DNA of 64,000 nucleotides from Gemmatales bacterium (lineage in GTDB: Bacteria > Planctomycetota > Planctomycetia > Gemmatales > HRBIN36), in the NCBI GenBank assembly GCA_041640595.1, contig JBEPZY010000003.1:180773-244772 (forward strand), read 5' to 3'. This document shows positions 56,639-64,000 of the stretch, one piece after another. The position numbers and the translations under genes were made by a program. The notes beneath the pieces were generated by a model that worked only from the letters and a program-made list of their open reading frames with translations, had not been told where the DNA came from and made no database searches. Every line of letters begins with the position of its first letter. Positions within the stretch are counted from its first letter, which is position 1.

Positions 56639-59600
56639 TCACTTCAGGTCGCCGATGTACCACACCCGCACCGTTTTGTCGCTGCTTCCCGAAACGACGT
56701 ATTGGCCATCGGGCGTCACCGCGACGCTCCAGACCGGCCACTCGTGCCCCGTGAACCGTCGCACTTCCTTCCCCGTCGCCAGCTCCCACAAACGCACAGT
56801 TTTGTCCCCGCTTCCCGAAACGACGTATTTACCATTGGGCGTCACCGCCACGCTCAAGACCGGCCACTCGTGCCCCGTGAACCGCCGCACTTCTTTCCCC
56901 GTCGCCAGCTCCCACAAACGCACAGTTTTGTCCCCGCTCCCCGAAACGACGTATTGGCCATCGGGCGTTACCGCGACGCTCATGACCCAATCCTCGTGCC
57001 CCGGGAACCGCCGCACTTCCTGCCCCGTCGCCAGCTCCCACAAACGCACCGTTTTGTCGTTGCTTCCCGAAACGACGTATTTACCATTGGGCGTCACCGC
57101 GACGCTATAGACCGGCCACTCGTGCCCCGTGAACCGCCGCACTTCCTTCCCCGTCGCCAGCTCCCACAAACGCACCGTGCTATCACTGCTTATCCAATGT
57201 ACCCGATCCTTATCCACCCACCTGCCGCCGCTTCCCGAAACGACGTATTGGCCATTGGGCGTTACCGCAACGCTATAGACCGGACCCGCGTGCCCCGTGA
57301 ACCGCCGCACTTCTTTTCCCGTCGCCAGCTCCCACAAACGCACCGTGTTGTCGTCGCTTCCCGAAACGACGTATTGGCCATCGGGCGTCACCGCGACGCT
57401 GCAGACCCAATCCTCGTGCCCCGTGAACCGCCGCACTTCCTGCCCCGTCGCCAGCTCCCACACCCGCACCGTTTTGTCGTTGCTTCCCGAAACGACGTAT
57501 TTACCATTGGGCGTCACCGCGACGCTGCAGACGGGTTCTTCGTGCCCGAACAGCCGCAGCACTTCGCGGTTACCCGGATGTTGTGCAGTTTGACCAGCGG
57601 GAAAGGTGGTTACTGGAGCAGGTGCAGCGTGGGGGCGGGCAGCTATCCTCGCTTGCTGGGCGGTGTCCCATACTCGCAGCAACTCGTCGAAGCTGGCAAA
57701 ACGGTCCTTCGGCGACTCCCGCAGGCACCTGTCCAGCAATTCCGCCAGCCAGTCCGGTAATCGTCGCCACTGCATCGGGGTCGGGTTGGGCGTGCCGAAC
57801 AAAGCGTAGCAGCAGGTGCGCCCAAAAGCGTAGATGTCCGAATAAAACCCCGGCTGCACTCCACCGAGCTTGCCGAGTTGTTCGGGAGCGGAATAGTCCC
57901 AGGTACCCAGTATCGTTCGGCCTATGGTGGTCTTTCCTCGTACCTGGGCTTGCTGCATGGTGGCCTGGATTTGCTGCACTGTGCAGGCCAGGCCGAAATC
58001 AATCAACCGCACCTGCCACTGCTCGCCGTCCTTGCGAACCAGGATGTTGCTCGGCTTGACATCACGATGCAGGATATTTCTCGCATGCGCTGCCCGCAGT
58101 CCCTCGGCAATTTGCCGCAACAATGGCAATGCTTCGGGCAGAGGAATCGGCCCGTTTTGCCGCACGTATTCGCTCAAAGTCTGGCCGTCAAACCATTCCA
58201 TAATCAGATACGGCCCGAGTTTTCGCCGTGGGTCCACATAGCCGTAGTGGCGTATGCGAATGAGGGCGGGATGCTGAACCTGCTCCATCGCCGCCGCTTC
58301 TTCAAAGACCCGCTGCGGGTCGGGCAGAATCGCGGTATTGAACACCTTGACCGCCACCTTCGCTTTTGTTTGGCGATACTGGCACAGGAAAGTGACGCCA
58401 AACGCACCGGCACCAAGAATTCGCAGGGCCGCCAGTTCGTACACCGGAAAAGGAGAAAACCGATCCGGTGCTAACCGAACAGCTTCGTTCAGTGCCCTCA
58501 GTGCCTGGTTCCATTCGCTTTTCTCCAGGAAAGCACGGTAGGCGTTGTAATAAGCCTCGGCCTGTTGTTCGCGGTCGCGGCGTTGCTGGTACATCTGGGC
58601 GGCTTGCAGGAAATACTGAACGGCGGCATCGAGGTCGCCACACAGAACAGCGGCTTTGCCCAGCTGCGCGAGCAATTCCGGCGCCCGCTGCCGGACCGAT
58701 TCCGGTAACTGCCGCACCTGTTCCATCAGCTGGCGTACCAGTTGCCGCTCCGCTTCGTTTTGCACAGAGCAGGTATCGCTGGGGCGAAGTTCTCGCTGAT
58801 GCAGGTTGCCGTGCAGTTGCAGGAAGCGTTGCAACTGACTGAGCGTTTGCATCACTTGCTGCTGGCCTTGTCGCACTTGCTCGATGGCCTGCAGGATATC
58901 CTGGCGAGACTGAACCACTTCCGCCCGCAGCGCCTGCAACGGTGCCAGCAACCGCTCTCCCAGAACCGCCAGCCCCTGATGCACCTCGCCCAGGGCCGAT
59001 TCCATCTGCTGCGATAAATTGTCGAGCAAATCGAAACTCACCTGGCGGTACAACTCGTCATCCCGTTCCAGGGCACGCCGGAAAAAGTAGCGAACCAGCA
59101 CCGGCAGCAAACGCACTTCCCCGGATGTATCCAGCGGCAAACTCACCAGCCAGGCCAGGGCTTCGTAACCTTCCTCGCGCAACCGCTCGCCGGTGCGATC
59201 GAGCAACCGATTCTCGGCCTGCAAAACTTCGTTCGGTTGCCGATACTGGCAGAGCTGGCCGACCTCGGCGACTACCGTTTCCCAGTCGGCTTGCGGGTCA
59301 AGCAATCCGCGGCGTTTGGCATCCTGCAATTCGACCCGGCACCGCTGGCAAAACTCCTGGCCGGACTTCTCCGCAGACAATCTCGGTACCGCTACCAGCA
59401 AGGCCGACTGCAACCGTTCCACCAGAGCCCGTTCCTCACCAGAAGCGAGCAACCGTTGCCACAAACTGGGCCCGGCCAGAGCTGTCTCCACCACCAGCCA
59501 GGTTTGTTCATGGGCCTGTTGCAGGGCCTTGCCTAACCGCGACGCCGGATCACGCAGGTATTGCAGCAGCCAGGCCGAAACTTGACCCACAGCGACCAGG

Positions 59601-59671
59601 CCCAACCTTTCAGTGATTTTACCCCATAAGGAACGCAACGCCGTTACCAGAAGAGCGTTCATGAGCGACAT
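56639..59671 (-). CDS. Ser/Thr protein kinase with N-terminal helical/TPR region and C-terminal 7-bladed WD40 propeller
   Basis: 'LGAGAFG', 'VAVK', 'HRDVKPSN', 'DFG', 'APEQ' and 'SDIYAFG'. TPR-like 'AEAYYNAY...ALNEAVRLAP'. Seven GH...W repeats. Confidence 0.93.
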   Translation of the reverse strand: MSLMNALLVTALRSLWGKITERLGLVAVGQVSAWLLQYLRDPASRLGKALQQAHEQTWLVVETALAGPSLWQRLLASGEERALVERLQSALLVAVPRLSAEKSGQEFCQRCRVELQDAKRRGLLDPQADWETVVAEVGQLCQYRQPNEVLQAENRLLDRTGERLREEGYEALAWLVSLPLDTSGEVRLLPVLVRYFFRRALERDDELYRQVSFDLLDNLSQQMESALGEVHQGLAVLGERLLAPLQALRAEVVQSRQDILQAIEQVRQGQQQVMQTLSQLQRFLQLHGNLHQRELRPSDTCSVQNEAERQLVRQLMEQVRQLPESVRQRAPELLAQLGKAAVLCGDLDAAVQYFLQAAQMYQQRRDREQQAEAYYNAYRAFLEKSEWNQALRALNEAVRLAPDRFSPFPVYELAALRILGAGAFGVTFLCQYRQTKAKVAVKVFNTAILPDPQRVFEEAAAMEQVQHPALIRIRHYGYVDPRRKLGPYLIMEWFDGQTLSEYVRQNGPIPLPEALPLLRQIAEGLRAAHARNILHRDVKPSNILVRKDGEQWQVRLIDFGLACTVQQIQATMQQAQVRGKTTIGRTILGTWDYSAPEQLGKLGGVQPGFYSDIYAFGRTCCYALFGTPNPTPMQWRRLPDWLAELLDRCLRESPKDRFASFDELLRVWDTAQQARIAARPHAAPAPVTTFPAGQTAQHPGNREVLRLFGHEEPVCSVAVTPNGKYVVSGSNDKTVRVWELATGQEVRRFTGHEDWVCSVAVTPDGQYVVSGSDDNTVRLWELATGKEVRRFTGHAGPVYSVAVTPNGQYVVSGSGGRWVDKDRVHWISSDSTVRLWELATGKEVRRFTGHEWPVYSVAVTPNGKYVVSGSNDKTVRLWELATGQEVRRFPGHEDWVMSVAVTPDGQYVVSGSGDKTVRLWELATGKEVRRFTGHEWPVLSVAVTPNGKYVVSGSGDKTVRLWELATGKEVRRFTGHEWPVWSVAVTPDGQYVVSGSSDKTVRVWYIGDLK
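56645..57570. repeat. Seven highly similar 126-bp WD40-coding repeats
   Basis: Units recur every 126 nt (e.g. TTCCCGAAACGACGTAT at 56686 and 56812). One unit carries a 14-codon insertion. Confidence 0.93.
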
Positions 59672-59759
59672 AAGTAGGCCCTCACGACGGTGCCGACACC
59701 TTTGCCGTCATTGTAACCAACCACCCACACCCCGTACAATCCGCCTGAGAGGCTTGCTG

Positions 59760-60045
59760 CTTGCGATGGCATCAGCTGGCATTGTGGGCCGACCAGAATC
59801 AGCTTGTTTGCCGGTGTCGCCAACACTTGCGATGGCATTCGTCGTCGTCGGCCATTTCCGAATATCGGGAAGCAATCAAGGCGGCCGTGGGTTCTGACCC
59901 GACACGGAACCGCATCATCGTCAGGCAGGTTCAGACATCACGAGGCAATCGGGCGGACGCGATTTTTGCTTGCGATGGTTCAAAGGCAGTGCGAAAAACT
60001 CACCTGGCAGCATTTTCCGGAGCCGGTTTTTGCTTGCGATGGTTC
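59760..60045. repeat. Four copies of CTTGCGATGG in an intergenic region
   Basis: At 59760, 59826, 59969 and 60033. The last two extend to TTTTTGCTTGCGATGGTTC. Confidence 0.7.
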
Positions 60046-60101
60046 GGGGGCAGCTCCGAGCAAAACCGTTTTGCGCCACGGCGACGATGCAGCCGGGCCG
60101 A

Positions 60102-61688
60102 TCAGGAACGGGGCAATTGCAGAACAAACTGGGTGGTGCGGTGGGGAGTGCGATGCCAGGTAATGCGGCCGGCGTGGAGTTCGGCAATTCGCCACACCTT
60201 GGACAAACCCAGGCCGCGACCGCGACCCGCCTGCCGACCCGAAAAGAACGGATCGAAGAGATGTTCCTGCCAGGCCGGGTCTGGTCCGGGGCCATTGTTT
60301 TCGACGATTACCTGGACCTGGTCGGAATCGAGCGGCACAACGCTACAGCTAACTCGACCACCTTGCGGCGCTGCTTCGAGAGCGTTGCGAAGCAGGCATT
60401 CGATGGCGGTCTGCAAAAGCGAACCGTCCGCAACCATCGAAATCGCCTGGTCTGGGCAGGTGCAGCTCAGCGTGATTTGCTTCTGCTCCGCTTCGCAAAC
60501 GAACCGGCCAACGACCTGGCGAAGCAGTCGGTCCAGCCGCAAGCGACGCTTTTTGGGTTCCGGCGGACGAGCGAAAAACATCAGGTCTAAAACGAGCGCA
60601 TGAATCCGGCGGGTCTGCGCCAGGATACGTTCCAGAGCCTGAATGCGTTCGAGTTGCTTTTCCTGACGCAGCAATTGCTCGGCATAACCGGAAATGACTG
60701 CGAGGGGACTGCCGAGTTCGTGTCCGGCTCCGGCAGCGAAAGCGGCTAGCGAACGCAGTTTGTGTTGCTGGAGCAATTCCTGCTGTTGCTGGGCCAGCTG
60801 GATCGCCTGTCGCTGCCAGCGCTGGCACTCGCGTTCCACGAACTGAAGCTGCTGGCGAGCAGACGCCGTTTCCTTCAGGAGTCGGCCCAGCTCCGTCCAC
60901 AACCAATCGGAGCCAATCGGCGAAAGCGGTGGCAACTCCGGCACCTCGTCACATGGAAAGTCGCCGGCATCCAGTTCGAGTGTGGCAAGCAAATCGCTCA
61001 GCGGTGGGCCTGACCACGCTGATTTCAGGCGAAACCGCCCCTGAGCCAGCTGCCAGACGACCTGCACCAGGCGCAACAATTTCTCTTCACTGTCCTGGCG
61101 GGTGAAGGAGGCCAGGGGAGCATCAAGTCGGCTCCAGATTTGCCGCAGCGATGGGGGTAAAGGCCAGTGAGCGGCCAGCCGAATCCAACCTCCGCCTGGA
61201 GTCCACCTGCCGACCTTCCTCGCCGCGATAAGAAACTGACCGATGCCCGCAATCCGGGCCGCTGCTTCGGCCAGGTCTGGTTGCAGAGCGAGTCGCGGTG
61301 CCACCTGTCGGGCCAGCATTCCGGCCAGGTGAATGGCCTGGCGAAATCCGGACAGGCGTGGCTGCGACCAATCGGGAAACCAGGTCGGCTGCCAATCGGC
61401 CCAGCGTGCCAGAATGTGCCAGGCGTTTCGGGAACTGCTTTCGTCAAGCTTGCTGTGGCGGCGTTTGTTGCTGTCGCCATCCGAGTCGCCCGGCAGGATG
61501 GGCAGCGCTTCGCCAACTTCATCATGCCCGAGCCAGGCCAGCAAAACGGCCGGGTCGCTCCGACATAGCGAAAGCCAATCCGTCGCTGACAAACAAGTCT
61601 CACCGAGTGCGGCAGCAATAACTGCTTGCGCACTCTCGCGTGCCGGCCCAAAGCGACAGGCCTTCGGCGTCACCTCCGTGCTCGCCAC
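60102..61688 (-). CDS. Cytoplasmic histidine kinase with a degenerate HDOD-like N-terminus
   Basis: 'AGAGHELGSPL', 'LLRNALEA', 'NNGPG', 'LFDPFFS' and 'GRGLGL'. N-terminal 'SDPA...W.LP' pattern, no TM segment seen. Confidence 0.85.
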   Translation of the reverse strand: MASTEVTPKACRFGPARESAQAVIAAALGETCLSATDWLSLCRSDPAVLLAWLGHDEVGEALPILPGDSDGDSNKRRHSKLDESSSRNAWHILARWADWQPTWFPDWSQPRLSGFRQAIHLAGMLARQVAPRLALQPDLAEAAARIAGIGQFLIAARKVGRWTPGGGWIRLAAHWPLPPSLRQIWSRLDAPLASFTRQDSEEKLLRLVQVVWQLAQGRFRLKSAWSGPPLSDLLATLELDAGDFPCDEVPELPPLSPIGSDWLWTELGRLLKETASARQQLQFVERECQRWQRQAIQLAQQQQELLQQHKLRSLAAFAAGAGHELGSPLAVISGYAEQLLRQEKQLERIQALERILAQTRRIHALVLDLMFFARPPEPKKRRLRLDRLLRQVVGRFVCEAEQKQITLSCTCPDQAISMVADGSLLQTAIECLLRNALEAAPQGGRVSCSVVPLDSDQVQVIVENNGPGPDPAWQEHLFDPFFSGRQAGRGRGLGLSKVWRIAELHAGRITWHRTPHRTTQFVLQLPRS

Positions 61689-61703
61689 GCTGTGCCTGTG
61701 TGC

Positions 61704-62294
61704 TTAGCGTTTGGCGGTTACCGACGACGCCTCGATCTCCAGGTGCTTGCAAATCCGCTCGATGAGTTGCTCCATCTCAAAGGGCTTCTGGAGGAAGTCG
61801 TTGGCACCCGCTTTCTTGAGTTCCTGTACCTTGTCCTGCTCGACCATGCCGCTGATGCAGATGATTTTGACGTCGGCCAGATTCGAGTCGGAACGGATGC
61901 GCTGGCAGACTTCCCGCCCGTTGATGTCCGGGAGCATGACGTCGAGGACGATCAGGTCGGGCTGATATTCCTTGACCAGCATGCCGGCGTCGAAGCCGTT
62001 GCGGGCTACCTTGACTTCAAAGCGACCGTCTTTTTCGAGAACGCGGCTGATCATGTCCACCAGGTCGGGATCATCATCCACGACCAGGATTTTCCGTTTG
62101 CCGCTTTCCAGGGCATCTGTCGGAATGCCGTGTTCCTTCATGAATTTGTACAGGGCATCCCGGGGAATACGGCGGAAGCGTGAGCCGGGCACCCGGAATC
62201 CCTTGAGCTGTCCGTTGTCAAAGCAACGGATGATGGTTTGCTGGCTGACCTTGCAGATTTTTGCAGCTTCTCCGGTGGTAAAGACTTGCTTCAT
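61704..62294 (-). CDS. Response regulator with N-terminal excisionase-type HTH
   Basis: 'FTTGEAAKICKVSQQTIIRCFD.G.LKGFRVPGSRFRRIP', then REC 'LVVDDD...LDVMLPD...KPF'. GAGG RBS. Confidence 0.93.
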   Translation of the reverse strand: MKQVFTTGEAAKICKVSQQTIIRCFDNGQLKGFRVPGSRFRRIPRDALYKFMKEHGIPTDALESGKRKILVVDDDPDLVDMISRVLEKDGRFEVKVARNGFDAGMLVKEYQPDLIVLDVMLPDINGREVCQRIRSDSNLADVKIICISGMVEQDKVQELKKAGANDFLQKPFEMEQLIERICKHLEIEASSVTAKR

Positions 62295-62704
62295 AGAACC
62301 TCACCTCTGGCTGATGGTGCAGCCGTTAGACCGACCCCGACGCAACCTCTCCGAGAGGTTGGCGAGACCGTGTCATCCCTGATCCCTTGCCTCGCCCCCT
62401 GCTCCGGTAGCGGCATCCAGCCGGATAGCCTTTCAGGGAATACCCTGATGTTATACCAGGTAAAACCATTTTACGGAGAGTTGCGTTCGCAACGGTGCAT
62501 GGTCGGCATGGTTGCCTCTGCCCCTCGTTTTGCCTGGCAGGAATTCTTGCCTGCTCATCCGGCATTATAACCAGCTTGCCCAGGCTGTCAATAGCGCCTG
62601 CTCAAGTTCTTATTCGCAAGTCCCAGTTTCGGCGATGGTTACAATTGAGAGTCTCATGGTGGCAAATAAATTTCCTACCTGAATGGTGCAATTTGTCCCG
62701 CCAT

Positions 62705-62894
62705 TGACACCACGCTGTCATTCACGATCACGGTTGCGCTGCACATTCTGTGTCAATTACCTGGCCAAGTTTTGACAGGGCAATGTCAGTATTTTGCGTA
62801 GGAAGCTACCACCTGCCGTAATTTCACCAATCCGGCACATAATTTGCTAATGCGTCAGTGCCGGCTACTATGTCAGATTGCCAGTCTTGTGTCA
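62705..62894. promoter_or_regulatory. Cluster of TGACA-N6-TGTCA palindromes (putative transcription-factor sites)
   Basis: Exact copies at 62705-62720 and 62773-62788. TGCCA-N6-TGTCA at 62879-62894. Confidence 0.6.
62833..62848 (+). promoter_or_regulatory. Sigma-54-type -24/-12 element
   Basis: CGGCAC-ATAAT-TTGCT (GG-N10-GC), one mismatch to TGGCAC-N5-TTGCW. Confidence 0.5.
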
Positions 62895-63204
62895 ATAGCA
62901 GAACTCTTCCCAGAGTGAAACACCCGCCAGCAACTTTTGACCAGCTTCACTGTCCCGTCCTTTTTGAGGCAAACACAAAATCGGCGGACAGGTGGTGATT
63001 TTTCCATGTTTTCCCTGAGCGCCGCAGGGTATTGCTTTGCAGCGGCAGTATGCGTATTGCTCGTAGCGATTCCGTACACACGCTGACCGGTTCAAACTGC
63101 CGGTTAACGATGTTCTCACCTTGCTTACCTCGGGTTAAGCCAACGTGGTAACAGGCAACCGAGCGAAGGTCGGTTCGACCAGTGACGTCAAATTGACAGT
63201 TTGG

Positions 63205-64000
63205 TCAATCCTGGCGGGCGAGACGGACACTGGACTCGGCTGGGTGCACGAACCATTCTCGCTGAGCACGCCAGCGGGAATGGGTGTTGCGGACGCGCAA
63301 ACAGGTCAAAACCAGTTCGACATCGTACACCAGCGGTGGCCCTCCATGTTCTGGTTCCAGATCGCTGCGGACGCGGTACAGAAAACGAAACTGGTAGCCG
63401 GGATTGGAAACATCGGTAAATACCTGATAACCTGTGATGCCGCGATATTCCCAGTTCTGGCGATTGGGAGCTTCCTTGAGCATGACCCGGCCGAGAATGC
63501 TGTTTTCAAAGGCGATGACAGGGTTGCCCATTTTCGATTGTGCCTCGAAATAGCGAATCAGCCGTTCACGATCCGCGGGGGGTTCCTTATGCCGACGCTG
63601 GTCGGGAGAGAGTGTGGCCAGGAAGAGTTCCCGTTCCTTGCGTTGATGAATGTAGTCAAGCACCTCGTTGGCAAAGCGATGTGCCTCGGCTCGAACAACC
63701 CAATAGGTAACTTCCTGGGAGGTGATGGCCCCGACGCCGTTAATCAAACTCAAGGCAGCTCCGATGCGTGCCAGGCTGGCGCCGGCCAGAGTGTTTTCAG
63801 CACGGCGAATCAACCACCAGGCCCAGATACTCAGCACGAATCCGGGCAACCAGTAAGCCCGCGCAGGTAATAGTGGCGGCGAGTCCATCCAGCACAGAAA
63901 GCTGAAAAGCGACAGAACGAAGGCGGCAATAGCCCAACCGCTTATGGGGCGGTATTCATCCTGCTCTACAGGAGGCACTGTCAAGCGTTCTCGACCGGCC
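63205..64000 (-). CDS. Hypothetical membrane protein (DUF4190-like N-terminus), probably 5'-truncated by the window edge
   Basis: 'YRPISGWAIAAFVLSLFS...IRRAENTLAGASLARIG'. The frame stays open to the window end. Confidence 0.65.
   Translation of the reverse strand, partial: AGRERLTVPPVEQDEYRPISGWAIAAFVLSLFSFLCWMDSPPLLPARAYWLPGFVLSIWAWWLIRRAENTLAGASLARIGAALSLINGVGAITSQEVTYWVVRAEAHRFANEVLDYIHQRKERELFLATLSPDQRRHKEPPADRERLIRYFEAQSKMGNPVIAFENSILGRVMLKEAPNRQNWEYRGITGYQVFTDVSNPGYQFRFLYRVRSDLEPEHGGPPLVYDVELVLTCLRVRNTHSRWRAQREWFVHPAESSVRLARQD

Noticed and set aside
56645..57570. Diversity-generating retroelement target
   Set aside because: No reverse transcriptase or separate template repeat is present in the window, and the variation is not visibly adenine-specific.
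56270..57760. 496-aa repetitive + strand ORF
   Set aside because: Antisense reading of the WD40 and 73-bp repeats; stop-free only because the unit is repeated.

Overview
This 64 kb window comes from a GC-rich bacterium that is very probably a planctomycete. The assignment is an inference from TIGR03000-domain proteins, DUF1501, a YdjY-like lipoprotein, fhcA and an HTH-REC regulator. Most of it is ordinary chromosome: a flagellar block (fliS-like, fliD, fliC, flgM), fhcA, aroF-obgE-coaX-mnmE, udg/MFS/XPB helicase, pdhC-lpdA, larE, an amino-acid ABC transporter, pyc, a TPR-kinase-WD40 protein and two-component genes. No rRNA, tRNA, transposase or cas gene was recognised. Three things stand out. 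(1) A ~1.27 kb gene-free stretch (about 21490-22760) is densely packed with hairpins, a clear H-type pseudoknot, a long-range helix and two duplicated, mutually complementary modules. It has a promoter-like 5' end and a terminator-like 3' end, so it is a candidate giant ornate non-coding RNA. (2) A TlpA/thioredoxin gene missed by the ORF track has an in-frame UGA at the first Cys of its CxxC motif plus a downstream SECIS-like hairpin, so it is a probable selenoprotein. (3) Several unexplained intergenic repeats and orphan promoters. All calls are from reading motifs by eye; no database search or folding program was run.
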